Shown: one piece after another, positions 49,036 through 59,299 of the stretch
Position numbering within the stretch: position 1 is the stretch's first letter
Layout: each line of letters begins with the position of its first letter
From: Bdellovibrionales bacterium
Lineage (GTDB): Bacteria; Bdellovibrionota; Bdellovibrionia; Bdellovibrionales; Bdellovibrionaceae
DNA length: 64,000 nucleotides
Direction of reading: 5' to 3'
Assembly (NCBI GenBank): GCA_031370005.1
Contig: JANMPT010000077.1
Span: 1-64,000, forward strand
Position numbers and translations under genes: made by a program
The notes under the pieces: model-generated
Seen by the model: the letters and a program-made list of their open reading frames with translations, nothing else
Database searches by the model: none
Told to the model about the DNA's origin: nothing

Positions 49036-50444
49036 GTAACAACACTTTTTTAATGGATCAACAAATGAGGCTTCAGGGAGATCCAAACCTCTTTTTTTCA
49101 CGGCTTGGCATTACCGACGAAAAATTAAATACAATTAGATCGTTAATTGACATACAAAAGCAAACTACCAAAAATCAATTCTATCGCTGGGTACTCTCAG
49201 GCTGCATTGATTATCTACAAATTGAAATTCAGCACCCACAACTTCAGGATTCGATACAATGCATTTTTTCGCCATTTGGCGAGTTGGTCAAAATTAATTT
49301 CGACTTTAAACAAGAAGAAAAAAAGATTTATACAGAAATAAAATTCGATTTCTGGGACACCTTCAAAAAGTGCTTTTCCGAGGGCGTGTTTTTCACAAAC
49401 AAAGACGGCTATATTATCGAAATCTCAGACCGCACCACGCAGGTTTTTCCAATTTACAATAACCATGACGTTTTGCTGAATCGCGATGCCATTGTCGGGA
49501 CTAAATTTGAAGACTATCTTGATGACGCCAGCAAAGAGAAAACAATTCATTTCATCAAAACTAGTCAAGCAAACTCGCTGGCTCGATTTGAAATACATAT
49601 TGAGCGTAAAAATCGCTTTCTTGAGATTAAAGGATACACTTTATATGAGGGTAGTTTCCCCAACGGCTTCATGTTTCTTATTTTTGATGTTAGTAAAAAT
49701 ATCAAACTCGAGAAGCAACTGCAAGAAGCCCAGGAAGCTATTTCAAAAAAATCGCACCTGATTGTCTTAGGTGAGCTAGCAGGAAAAATTGCTCATGAAA
49801 TCAATTCACCGCTGGGTGCGATTCTTTTAACCGCCGACAGCGCCGAAAGCAACATTGAAAACCTAACCAGAACCGAATGTAAAAAGCACTTTGCGATGAT
49901 TGGTAAAACTTCGGTAATAATAGGCGAAATCATCAAGAATCTTCTGACTTTTGCACGCAAAGACGAAACGGTCACCTTCTCTCAGATCACTTTGAAAGAA
50001 ATCTTTGATGATGTTTTTGCAATTACCAATATCGGTCTTAAAAATCAAAACATTCAACTCGAATATGTTTTTCCCGAAGATTTCACTCTGGATTGCCGAA
50101 AAATTCAGATGCAACAGGTTTTTTTAAATCTAATTTCTAATTCAATTACTGCGATCAAAAACCAAAATGAAAAATGGATAAAAATCATTGCCGCAGAAAA
50201 TAAGGGTAAAATCGAAATCATCATGACTGATAGTGGCCAGGGAATACCTTCTGAAATTGCTGATAAAATTATGGTCGAATATTTTTCAACCAAGGAACTT
50301 GGCCAAGGGCTTGGCATTGGCTTAAGTATTTGCCGCAGCGTTATCACTGCCCATGGTGGCACATTAACACTGGACAGAGGTCATAAAAATACTTGTTTTA
50401 AAATTACTTTGCCGCAAAGTCGGTCTGCGAAGCTGGTTGCTTAG
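49032..50444 (+). CDS. Soluble PAS-domain sensor histidine kinase
   Basis: PAS-like segment, AHEINSPL H-box, NLISNS, DSGQGI, GQGLGIGL; no TM helix. Confidence 0.9.
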   Translation: MSNNTFLMDQQMRLQGDPNLFFSRLGITDEKLNTIRSLIDIQKQTTKNQFYRWVLSGCIDYLQIEIQHPQLQDSIQCIFSPFGELVKINFDFKQEEKKIYTEIKFDFWDTFKKCFSEGVFFTNKDGYIIEISDRTTQVFPIYNNHDVLLNRDAIVGTKFEDYLDDASKEKTIHFIKTSQANSLARFEIHIERKNRFLEIKGYTLYEGSFPNGFMFLIFDVSKNIKLEKQLQEAQEAISKKSHLIVLGELAGKIAHEINSPLGAILLTADSAESNIENLTRTECKKHFAMIGKTSVIIGEIIKNLLTFARKDETVTFSQITLKEIFDDVFAITNIGLKNQNIQLEYVFPEDFTLDCRKIQMQQVFLNLISNSITAIKNQNEKWIKIIAAENKGKIEIIMTDSGQGIPSEIADKIMVEYFSTKELGQGLGIGLSICRSVITAHGGTLTLDRGHKNTCFKITLPQSRSAKLVA

Positions 50445-50453
50445 TTAATGCTA

Positions 50454-51158
50454 TCAAACGCTCAGCAGGCGATCAGAAATAATGCTATGGACACCCCAGG
50501 CAAATAGCTCTTTGGCGCGAACCTGGTCATTCACGGTATAAACTGCAATTTTAAAACCTAGGTCGATAAACTTTCGAACACGTTCCTCCGTTGTCATTTT
50601 CTGATCCCAGTGTAAGAAATGAGCTCCGCAAAGAGGCAGCAAGGTCATCTGCTTTAGAAACCAATAATTCTTAGGATCCGCTTCTTCGCTTACAAGTAGT
50701 GCGCGGGCAACTTCTGGGATAATTTCCTTTGCACGAATCAAGCAAAATGGATTGAAGCTCGAAAAGATCACACGCTCTTCAGTTTTGTACTTTTTGATTA
50801 ACTGAGATATTTTGATTTCAAGAGCCGGATCCACAGTTGAGTTACTCTTTAGTTCAATATTCAAATAGTTTGGAACTTCTTTAGACAGCAGAACTTCTTC
50901 GAGACTTGTCAAATTTTGGGCAAAAACCTTTGCTTGTTGAAAAGTCAGTTCATTCATATTCACAGGTGCCTTATGAAGACGTCCTAGATCTGCATCATGA
51001 TAAAGTACGGGAACATAGTCACTGGTCAAGCGAACATCAAACTCTACCATCTCACTGCCACGTTTTTTTGCTGCAATGAGCGACTCCAAAGTATTTTCCA
51101 TAATACCTTCGATCCAAAACCCACGGTGTGCTTGAAACCTCTTTTCAGCTAGTAACAC
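50454..51158 (-). CDS. Glycerophosphodiester phosphodiesterase
   Basis: AHRG, ENT, EFDV, HD, NIELK, YTVN. Confidence 0.92.
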   Translation of the reverse strand: MLLAEKRFQAHRGFWIEGIMENTLESLIAAKKRGSEMVEFDVRLTSDYVPVLYHDADLGRLHKAPVNMNELTFQQAKVFAQNLTSLEEVLLSKEVPNYLNIELKSNSTVDPALEIKISQLIKKYKTEERVIFSSFNPFCLIRAKEIIPEVARALLVSEEADPKNYWFLKQMTLLPLCGAHFLHWDQKMTTEERVRKFIDLGFKIAVYTVNDQVRAKELFAWGVHSIISDRLLSV

Positions 51159-53167
51159 TACTTTTTCTTCCTTATCGGGCTTATTAGGGTAAAGTTTGGC
51201 TCATCCCTTTTGCCGCTAAGAATCCATTTGTGGTTTATTTTTTCGGTTTGGGCGCGAATTTGCCCCCCGAGCTCGCCTTCAGCGTTCCACTCGCCATCTG
51301 AACTTAAGCGCCCGCCCTTTTCAAGTTGCGAAGAAAAATTTCTCCACCTTAAGACCTTAAAACTTTTTGCAAGAAACTGCGCATTGATATTTTTCATCTG
51401 CAAGCGATTCTCTATCATCCATTCGGGCTCAATCAAGCTCTTTAAAATTTGAAAGGCTGGAGATCCCACCGTGATGGCCATTTTTTGTATCTTTGCTTGA
51501 GACTGAATTTCTCCGCCGACAAAATCCACATTAAAACTTGCGTTTTCAGTACTCACACCTTCAACGTCCAAAGATTCCGAATTCAGAACCCCTTTGACAT
51601 AATCGGTCTGGCCATCATGAAATCTCATTGTCATATCACCGCTCAGCGCACCCATTTTCCCACCGGCGGTCATCAAACGTATCACATTCGGGGACAAACG
51701 TATTTCATGCGCCTTTGTTTTGATTTCTAAAAATTTAAAATCTCTATCCGCATTGACTCGAACCTGACCGTCAAACACACCTCGATCAGGAATAAATTGA
51801 GTGGCTTGAACTTGCCAACGATTTTTATTCAGGGATATATTCGTGGCAATTTCTTTTAAAACCTGCGCTTCTCTTTGACCTTTATTTGAAAATATAAGCT
51901 CAAGCCCCTTGTGGACACCACTGAGTTCAATATGATCTTGATCAATCACTTCCGCAGTACCCTCGAAAGTTCCTAGTTGACCCAACATTGCTGCAGGGTG
52001 GGGACGATTCAGTAAAGTAAAAAATTTTCCAGCGCTGAGGCGGCGTATATCTACCGTGAATGGAATATACTTAATGGGATCAAAAGAAACAATATGAGCC
52101 TCGGTAATTTTTAGGTCACCAAGATCTCCTTCGAGACGTAAATCTTTAACTTGCATGTTTGCGGTCTTTAAATTCGACTTGGTAACTGAAGACTGGGCAT
52201 TGAGAGAGACCCATACTTGGCGGCCATTTAAGTCTTCTTTGAGCCATTTAAATTTTTTGAGAATTTGAAATACCTGACTTAAGGGGATGTGCTTGAGATC
52301 AAGTTCCGATGAAAGCTCTTCCTCTTTCATTTCATATTTCATCTTAAGATGATAACTGCCTTCCCGCCAGTTACCTGAAATTCGAGTTTGTAATGTCGCC
52401 TGCGGAAAGGCACTGTATTCGCCCCAAACCGTGGCATGGGATAGATAATCCCCCACTTGATCATCTTTCATAAGGTGGGTTCTCGCTGTCATTTCAACAA
52501 CTCGAGGCGAATTAGATTTCAACCGAATAGCAAAAGAGTTTAAATCCACTGGTTCTGCCAAATTGGGTGCAAAAACTTTCAATTGATCAATTAAAATAGC
52601 GCGCACCTCAGAAGTCGCCTGTGATCCCTTGACGGGGCCAGCCCCCTCTTTAAGGGTTACGAATTGCTTAATCTTTGTTGCTTCGACTTTTTGTTGAGAA
52701 GCAGAACTGGTCTCGCAGTTTTTATAGGCACTTCGAAGATCAACACGAACCTGACCAGCCTCAATCTGAGTGATAGGATTTTCCCCTTGAATCATAGCCC
52801 AAAAAGAAAGCGGCAAACGAATTTCATCTGCCGTTAGTTCTGGCTTCATCCAGCACTCATTGTTTGACTCCATTTTTATTTTAGTAATCACAACTGCAAA
52901 ACGCGGAAGAAGTCCGTGAGAAAGACTGATCTGAGCACTATCAAACTCCACTAGCATGTCTTTGTGCATGCGTGAAGCCGCTCCCTCGATCAAGGTTTTG
53001 ACCTTATTTGGCGAAATCAAGCCTCGCAAAATTAAACCGAGAACCACAGCAACAAGAAGGCCACTGAAAAACACAATACGGCCTGGTTGCTCAGCAATTA
53101 GATTTTTATCACCATTAGAATAACGTGCTACGCGCGGCCCAATCATTGCTCTATTTTGACGAAGCAT
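51158..53167 (-). CDS. AsmA-like envelope protein
   Basis: Single N-terminal TM followed by a long beta-rich region. Confidence 0.5.
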   Translation of the reverse strand: MLRQNRAMIGPRVARYSNGDKNLIAEQPGRIVFFSGLLVAVVLGLILRGLISPNKVKTLIEGAASRMHKDMLVEFDSAQISLSHGLLPRFAVVITKIKMESNNECWMKPELTADEIRLPLSFWAMIQGENPITQIEAGQVRVDLRSAYKNCETSSASQQKVEATKIKQFVTLKEGAGPVKGSQATSEVRAILIDQLKVFAPNLAEPVDLNSFAIRLKSNSPRVVEMTARTHLMKDDQVGDYLSHATVWGEYSAFPQATLQTRISGNWREGSYHLKMKYEMKEEELSSELDLKHIPLSQVFQILKKFKWLKEDLNGRQVWVSLNAQSSVTKSNLKTANMQVKDLRLEGDLGDLKITEAHIVSFDPIKYIPFTVDIRRLSAGKFFTLLNRPHPAAMLGQLGTFEGTAEVIDQDHIELSGVHKGLELIFSNKGQREAQVLKEIATNISLNKNRWQVQATQFIPDRGVFDGQVRVNADRDFKFLEIKTKAHEIRLSPNVIRLMTAGGKMGALSGDMTMRFHDGQTDYVKGVLNSESLDVEGVSTENASFNVDFVGGEIQSQAKIQKMAITVGSPAFQILKSLIEPEWMIENRLQMKNINAQFLAKSFKVLRWRNFSSQLEKGGRLSSDGEWNAEGELGGQIRAQTEKINHKWILSGKRDEPNFTLISPIRKKK

Positions 53168-53184
53168 TTTGGGGGCGACAATGA

Positions 53185-53661
53185 CTATTTATACTCAAAA
53201 GCAATGATTTCGTAGTCTTTGTCACCTTTTGGGCTTTGTACCACAACTGAGTCACCATTCTTTTTACCAATCAAAGCACGGGCAAGTGGGGACAAAATTG
53301 AAATCATGCCTTTTTTGACATCGGCCTCATCTACGCCCACGATTTGGTAAGTAGATTTTTCTTCAGTTTCCAGGTCTACAACAGTAACGAAGGCACCAAA
53401 AACCACACGATCTGATTTGATTTCAGAAGTATTAATGATTTCAGCACCGGCAATTTTGCCTTGAATTTCGCCAATTCGCCCTTCAATCATGCCCTGACGC
53501 TCTTTTGCAGCATCATACTCCGCATTTTCACTGATATCACCATGGGCACGAGCCTCTTCAATAGCGCGAATGACTTCAGGACGGTCCTCAAGCATCAACT
53601 TTTTTAGCTCAGCATCAAGCAATGCCTTACCACGAACTGTCATTGGAAGTGTATCCGCCAT
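53185..53661 (-). CDS. greA: Transcription elongation factor GreA
   Basis: ARAHGDISENAEYDAAKE, SPLARALIGK. Confidence 0.96.
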   Translation of the reverse strand: MADTLPMTVRGKALLDAELKKLMLEDRPEVIRAIEEARAHGDISENAEYDAAKERQGMIEGRIGEIQGKIAGAEIINTSEIKSDRVVFGAFVTVVDLETEEKSTYQIVGVDEADVKKGMISILSPLARALIGKKNGDSVVVQSPKGDKDYEIIAFEYK

Positions 53662-53828
53662 GAGGCCAACTCCTTTAAAAATGAGAGTCAGGATTCTACT
53701 CATATTGGGACTAAACAGCAAGAAGTTATTGCTGCGCAGCAGGTTAAGTTTGTCCAGTTTGGGGCTAGACGGGGTACCCAGGACTCCTAAATCACATTAA
53801 AATAAAGCCTGTTAAGGGTCGGTGAATT

Positions 53829-54815
53829 TTGACAACAGTAACAGAACTTATTAAAGGATCACAGCGTATAGTTCTTTCCACCCATAGGCAGTGTGATGGG
53901 GACGGACTTGGCGCTGAGTTGGCCATTTACTATGCCCTTAAAAAAGCAAAAAAAGAAGTCCGTATTGTCAACGTCGACAACACCCCCCGCAAATACCGCT
54001 TCCTAGGAGCAGACAAAGTAATATCTCTTTTTCAGAATAATCCAGTGATGGACTTGAGTGCGGATCTTTGCATTATCTTTGACACCAATGACGAGCGTCT
54101 GCTGGAACCCCTTTTTTCAGGGCTTAAAAAAAATATTTCAAAGATCGTCTTTATTGACCACCATCCCCTTCTGAAAAATGGGCCTCAACCTGGAGTGGAT
54201 TCACATATTGACGCAACTGCGGCCTCCACCGGCGAGCTCGCCTACAATATAATCAAAGAGCTCGGTATCGAACTTGATGCCGATATTGCTAGAGCACTTT
54301 ACACTAGCATCACCTTTGACACTCAACTCTTTCGCTATATTCGCAGCTCACCAAAATCTCATTTGATTGCAGCTGAACTGTTACTTTATGACATCAACCC
54401 TCAAGAAGTACATCGTGCCCTCTTCGGAAATCAAACAGTGCAAAAAATGGCTTTCTTGTCAAAAGCCCTTGGTGAGATTGAATATTTTTGTCATGGACGC
54501 ATTGCAATTCTCTGTCTTCGGGATAGTGATTTGTTAGCCCACAATCTTGAGCCCGACGAAGCCCGCGACATCATAGATATGGTGATGAATATTGAAAGCC
54601 TCGAGGCTTCGGTCGTTTTTAGGGAAGATGCTAAAAACGAGTTTAAGCTGAGTCTTCGCAGCAAAGGAAAACTCGAGGTACTGTCTATTGCCGAAAGCTT
54701 CGGCGGAGGTGGTCACACGCACGCAGCAGGTGCCTTTATTAAGGGAATATATGTGGACTTAAAGGAAAAAGTCGTTAAGGATTTGTCGAAGAAAATTTCG
54801 CAAATTGGCTTATAA
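53829..54815 (+). CDS. nrnA: DHH/DHHA1 phosphoesterase (NrnA-like nanoRNase)
   Basis: H..CDGD, IDHH, DT, SLRS, GGGGH..AAG. Confidence 0.88.
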   Translation: MTTVTELIKGSQRIVLSTHRQCDGDGLGAELAIYYALKKAKKEVRIVNVDNTPRKYRFLGADKVISLFQNNPVMDLSADLCIIFDTNDERLLEPLFSGLKKNISKIVFIDHHPLLKNGPQPGVDSHIDATAASTGELAYNIIKELGIELDADIARALYTSITFDTQLFRYIRSSPKSHLIAAELLLYDINPQEVHRALFGNQTVQKMAFLSKALGEIEYFCHGRIAILCLRDSDLLAHNLEPDEARDIIDMVMNIESLEASVVFREDAKNEFKLSLRSKGKLEVLSIAESFGGGGHTHAAGAFIKGIYVDLKEKVVKDLSKKISQIGL

Positions 54816-54825
54816 CTGAAAGACT

Positions 54826-55080
54826 ATGCAAAAAAAAAACCGTGCTGAGATCATCTGTCGCTGCAACAACATCTCCCGGGATGTTATCGAAGACGCAATC
54901 AAAAATGGCGGCTGCGATACTCTTAATAAAATTTTCGATGAAACCACGGCAGGAGTTGGGCCCTGCGGAGGTTCTTGCCGAAGAAAGCTAAAACCATTAC
55001 TTGATCATTTTCTACAAACAGGAACTTTCCCGGAGGTGATCATTGAAGACCTTACAGGAAAACCACCGACTAAAAAATAG
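54826..55080 (+). CDS. BFD-like [2Fe-2S] protein
   Basis: ICRC...T.AG.GPCGGSC. Confidence 0.8.
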   Translation: MQKKNRAEIICRCNNISRDVIEDAIKNGGCDTLNKIFDETTAGVGPCGGSCRRKLKPLLDHFLQTGTFPEVIIEDLTGKPPTKK

Positions 55081-55087
55081 AAAACCG

Positions 55088-55555
55088 CTAAGCGCTCTTC
55101 TTATCAGCGACAGTGGCCATAGCGATTCCACCAGTTAAACGGTAATCAATCATTTTTTGAACGTCAGGACGACAGGTCCCGCAGGCTGTGCTTGCTGAGG
55201 TTTGACGACTAATAATTTCCGTACTATGAGCGCCCGCAATAATAGCCTGATCTATGGTGTGGCAAGTAACATTGCGACAGTGACAGACTTCAGCTTCCTG
55301 ATAGGGGTATTTCCACTCAGACCGGAGCTTTAGAATCAATTCACGCAAAAGAATTTCAGAATGTGAGCTTCCATTAGGAGTAGGCCACTGGCTTAAATCA
55401 ACACCAAAGTTCTTACGCATCAATTGCATAAGCCCCATTAATTCAGAGCAACCACGAAAACCAACCTTCGGAATCGCGTTCTTCATCTCGACCTCAATAC
55501 GGTCACGGCCTTCTAGTTCGACACTGAATTTTTTATTTCCTACTGAGATTGGCAT
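55088..55555 (-). CDS. Protein with C-terminal BFD-like [2Fe-2S] domain
   Basis: VCHCRNV...STACGTC. Confidence 0.8.
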   Translation of the reverse strand: MPISVGNKKFSVELEGRDRIEVEMKNAIPKVGFRGCSELMGLMQLMRKNFGVDLSQWPTPNGSSHSEILLRELILKLRSEWKYPYQEAEVCHCRNVTCHTIDQAIIAGAHSTEIISRQTSASTACGTCRPDVQKMIDYRLTGGIAMATVADKKSA

Positions 55556-55599
55556 ATTGGTATATTCTATTCAAATCTCTTTGAAGATAAAGGCTAGGA

Positions 55600-56406
55600 A
55601 TGATCTTTCTTATATTGAGCCGTGTTTCCAATATTTACTCCTCCCGGCGCTTGGTCCAGGAGATCAAAAACCGCAGGCACAGTGTCTATATTGAAAATCC
55701 AGAAAGCTTATGCGGAGGTATTTCTGCGGACATATTAATCCCTCGTTTAGGCAGCTTCCGGTACGAGAACTCCCTTTCAAATCTAATTCATTTGCAAGAA
55801 ACAAAAAAACCAAAAGTCACTCTTAATGGCCATCCCGCATTTCATAATGCACGAAATAAAAAACTAGCTCTTCAAATCTTAGCAACATTTCCTCAACCTC
55901 AATTATTTACCCAAGTAAATACTTACCCTGTAGTGGTAAAAGATTGTCTTGCAAGCCAAGGCGATGGGGTTTTTCTTTGTAATAATCCAAAGGAACTCGC
56001 GGACTGCCTTTATAAACTCAAAGGTCGCGAGCTTCTCTTTCAGGAGTTTATCACTGAAAGCAGGGGGCACGACATTCGTGCTCTTGTAATTGGCCCCAGA
56101 GTTATTGCCGCTATGGAAAGAGTTTCAAAAAATCCAGAAATCGAATTTCGCGCTAATATATCACTTGGAGGTCTTGCCACCTCCATTTCACTTACGAAAG
56201 AGGAGGAAAATATTTGCACGGCTGCCGTTAAAAGGCTGGGACTGGATTACGCAGGTGTCGATCTTATTAGATCACATCGAGGTCCCCTAGTTCTTGAAGT
56301 CAATCCATGCCCCGGCCTGGAAGGAATTGAAAAATGCAGTCAGATAAATATCGCTAAAGAAATTATTCTATATTCAGAACAGCTTTTTCATAGGATCCGC
56401 TCATGA
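55600..56406 (+). CDS. RimK-family ATP-grasp ligase
   Basis: YSSRRL, QEFI, DIR, FRANISLGG, GVD, LEVN..PG. Confidence 0.85.
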   Translation: MIFLILSRVSNIYSSRRLVQEIKNRRHSVYIENPESLCGGISADILIPRLGSFRYENSLSNLIHLQETKKPKVTLNGHPAFHNARNKKLALQILATFPQPQLFTQVNTYPVVVKDCLASQGDGVFLCNNPKELADCLYKLKGRELLFQEFITESRGHDIRALVIGPRVIAAMERVSKNPEIEFRANISLGGLATSISLTKEEENICTAAVKRLGLDYAGVDLIRSHRGPLVLEVNPCPGLEGIEKCSQINIAKEIILYSEQLFHRIRS

Positions 56407-57791
56407 TTTACCCATGACTCTTGCTGTAAATTCTTAATTAAAGAATCTCGACGAAACTGAAATATTCTTTCAATTTCACTTCGCACCAGAGCCCCCCCAA
56501 CTAGATTTCCAAAGTATCCCATAGGTAAACTGTAATGAACTCGGTCAATCATCAAAGTCCCCTCAGCTAATGGTCGGAATTCATGGCCGTGTCGCCACAA
56601 GTTGTAGGGCCCTTCTGATTGCACCTCAGTAAAATAAAAAGGTGGGTTCCACTCCTCAACGACTGCCCTCCACTTTACTGAAATACCATGAACCTTTAGC
56701 CGATATGCCAGCTTACACCCTAGTTCGATTTTATCCATAGGATCAGAGAGAATGTCAAATTCAAGACTTGGCGGAGTAATTTTTTGGAAATTATCAATAT
56801 TGCAAAAAAATGAGAATACTTTTTCCGGACTCCAGGGCAGGAACTGCTCACTCACAAAGATGTCTTCTTTCTCTGAATTAAATATGTTCACAAGGGCACT
56901 TTTCAATTCTGGATATAAAAACTTATAGCCACTTTGTAGTGCCGATCGAGGCACGGCCCTTTGGGATGAGAGCATCAATGTTGCCATTTCCCCTAAGGAA
57001 GTCCACAGAGCAAAGGCCGGAATTCTTGGGGTAAAACCTGCCCCTAAAACCGATGCCATAGTTTTAGTGAATTCCTCATTGGTAACCGGATTGGGGGATA
57101 CCAAATTCACTGGGCCATGAATCGCATTGTTATCTAGAATATGCATGACGAGCCCAACGACATCATCAATATGAATCCAACTCATCCACTGCTTGCCATC
57201 CCCCAGGACTCCGCCTAGACCACTACGAAAAAATGTTCGTAACTTATCCAGTGCTCCGCCTTGAGCGGCGAGTACCATTCCCGTGCGAAGAGCAACGATT
57301 CTCGTTGCAGAAGACGCTTCCGCATAGGAAAAGCTTAAAAGCTCCTCCTCCCAGTCCTGACAAACTTGCGCGAGAAAATCTTCACCGGCCGAAGAGTCCT
57401 CGGAAATCTCTTTATCGCCTTGAGGCCCGTAGTAACCTACAGCTGAGGCGTTGAAGAATATTCTGGGAGGTGTCGATAAACTTTTTATAAGATGACGCGT
57501 TCCAAAAATCCGTGACTCATAAATCCGTCGTTTACGAGCCTCATTCCATCGTCCACTTCCAATGGGTTCACCCGCAAGATTAATCACCACGTCCACCATC
57601 CTTAAATGGGCATTATTGGTGATCGGACCATCGACTAAATCCCCTTCTATAATTTCACAGGGAAATGGAAGTTGCTCTCGAGCTTTAACAGCATCACGAC
57701 TAATCACAAAAATTTCATAGCCTCTACTTACAAGCGCTTTGCCTAACTCTTTGCCAATAAGTCCTGTGGCTCCAGTCATTAATACTTTCAT
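56388..57791 (-). CDS. TIGR01777 (YfcH) oxidoreductase fused to SRPBCC domain
   Basis: TGATGLIG, INLAGE, SAVGYYG, WMSWIH; C-terminal KITPP...GPY..WRH.H.F SRPBCC domain. Confidence 0.88.
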   Translation of the reverse strand: MKVLMTGATGLIGKELGKALVSRGYEIFVISRDAVKAREQLPFPCEIIEGDLVDGPITNNAHLRMVDVVINLAGEPIGSGRWNEARKRRIYESRIFGTRHLIKSLSTPPRIFFNASAVGYYGPQGDKEISEDSSAGEDFLAQVCQDWEEELLSFSYAEASSATRIVALRTGMVLAAQGGALDKLRTFFRSGLGGVLGDGKQWMSWIHIDDVVGLVMHILDNNAIHGPVNLVSPNPVTNEEFTKTMASVLGAGFTPRIPAFALWTSLGEMATLMLSSQRAVPRSALQSGYKFLYPELKSALVNIFNSEKEDIFVSEQFLPWSPEKVFSFFCNIDNFQKITPPSLEFDILSDPMDKIELGCKLAYRLKVHGISVKWRAVVEEWNPPFYFTEVQSEGPYNLWRHGHEFRPLAEGTLMIDRVHYSLPMGYFGNLVGGALVRSEIERIFQFRRDSLIKNLQQESWVNHERIL

Positions 57792-57898
57792 AAAACCTTC
57801 TATTTTTTGACTTCTTACCTAAAGCGGATCAACTATTATAAGAACGGAATGCATTTTCATACTTTTTAGTTTAATGTCTATGAAACCTAAAGTAAAAT

Positions 57899-59299
57899 AT
57901 GTCATGGTTAAAAGATATGTCTAAAGACAAAAAAATAAACAAAATTAAGTCTTCTGTTTTTTCACGCAGCCTTTCCATGGCGAAAATGACTTTCAATGCT
58001 GGCGCTAGTCTAGCGGGGCACAATATTAAAAACACTTTTTCAACAAAAGAGGACAAGGCAAGTTCTTGGAAAAAGTTAGTCAAGTCCCAAGCTCAAGCAG
58101 TCAGTACTGAACTTGGAGAACTCAAAGGAAGTCTGATGAAGGCAGGGCAAATGCTTTCCATGTACGGCGAGCACTTTTTACCACCTGACGCCAATGCCTT
58201 TCTGAAAGGCTTGCAATCGAATTCCCCTGCCTTAAATTGGACGGTTATTGAGCCAGTTCTTAAAAAAAATCTTTCGACGGAGCAGCTGGATCAATTAGTA
58301 GTTGAGCACGAGGCATTATCCTGTGCATCTTTGGGACAGGTCCATCGCGCGCGCATCAAGGCCACGGGTGAAGAGATTGTTCTTAAAATTCAATATCCCG
58401 ATGTGGATAAGGCCATCGATAGTGATTTAAGAGCCCTTAAAACTCTTTTAGGGATAATGAAGCTCGTACCAAAGGACTTAGATCTCAATCCGATTTTTAG
58501 TGAAGTCCACGAAATGCTCGTTCAGGAAACGGACTATCATCTTGAAGCGAAGCTCACTCAGGCTTTCTACAATAAACTCAAAGATGATCCCCGGTTCGTT
58601 GTACCAAAAGTTTATCCTGAATTTTCAAATAACAAAATCCTTGCGACCTCCTACGAGGAATCCCATCGTGTCGATGCTATAGAAATTCAATCCTTATCTG
58701 AGACCCGTCGTAATCAAATTGCTATTCACTTTTTAGATCTCTACTTGAAAGAACTTTTTTCCTGGGGCCTAGTTCAAACTGATCCACATATTGGAAATTA
58801 CGGAGTTCGCCTCGAAAAAAATGGTCAAGACAAATTGGTACTCTATGATTTCGGTGCAACTCGCGAATACGATATCAAATTTATGGGCCCCTATCGTAGG
58901 ATGATTCAAGCAGCCCTTTATGCTGATGAAAAAAACCTGCGGAAAGCCGCCCAGGAGCTGCAATTCCTTGACCCCACGGATAAATCGGAACTCAAAGCTC
59001 TCTTCGAAGAATTTTGCTTCGAATTCGTTGAACCCTTTTTAGCTGCTGATGATCCGCGACTTCCAATTGGCGTCATGGATCAAGAGGGTAACTATGATTG
59101 GAAAAACACTGATCTTCCACAAAGGCTATCGAAAAAAATATTACAAGTTATTCGGCAACACTCTTGGCGAACACCTCCGCGGGAAATTATATTTCTTGAT
59201 CGCAAATCCGGTGGCGTTTTTATTTTTATGTCGGTCCTTCGGGCTCGTTGTCAGGGCCGCGATCTCCTGGTGAAATATCTGGACTCATCATCTGGCTGA
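57899..59299 (+). CDS. ABC1/AarF/UbiB-family atypical kinase
   Basis: LKGSLMKAGQ, ASLGQVH, KIQYP, QTDPHIGN, DFG. Confidence 0.9.
   Translation: MSWLKDMSKDKKINKIKSSVFSRSLSMAKMTFNAGASLAGHNIKNTFSTKEDKASSWKKLVKSQAQAVSTELGELKGSLMKAGQMLSMYGEHFLPPDANAFLKGLQSNSPALNWTVIEPVLKKNLSTEQLDQLVVEHEALSCASLGQVHRARIKATGEEIVLKIQYPDVDKAIDSDLRALKTLLGIMKLVPKDLDLNPIFSEVHEMLVQETDYHLEAKLTQAFYNKLKDDPRFVVPKVYPEFSNNKILATSYEESHRVDAIEIQSLSETRRNQIAIHFLDLYLKELFSWGLVQTDPHIGNYGVRLEKNGQDKLVLYDFGATREYDIKFMGPYRRMIQAALYADEKNLRKAAQELQFLDPTDKSELKALFEEFCFEFVEPFLAADDPRLPIGVMDQEGNYDWKNTDLPQRLSKKILQVIRQHSWRTPPREIIFLDRKSGGVFIFMSVLRARCQGRDLLVKYLDSSSG

Noticed and set aside
56388..57791. TIGR01777-SRPBCC fusion
   Set aside because: A known recurrent domain fusion.
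59226..59299. 74-bp convergent overlap of the ABC1 kinase and hybrid kinase genes
   Set aside because: Probably a non-conserved C-terminal tail; short convergent overlaps are common in this compact window.
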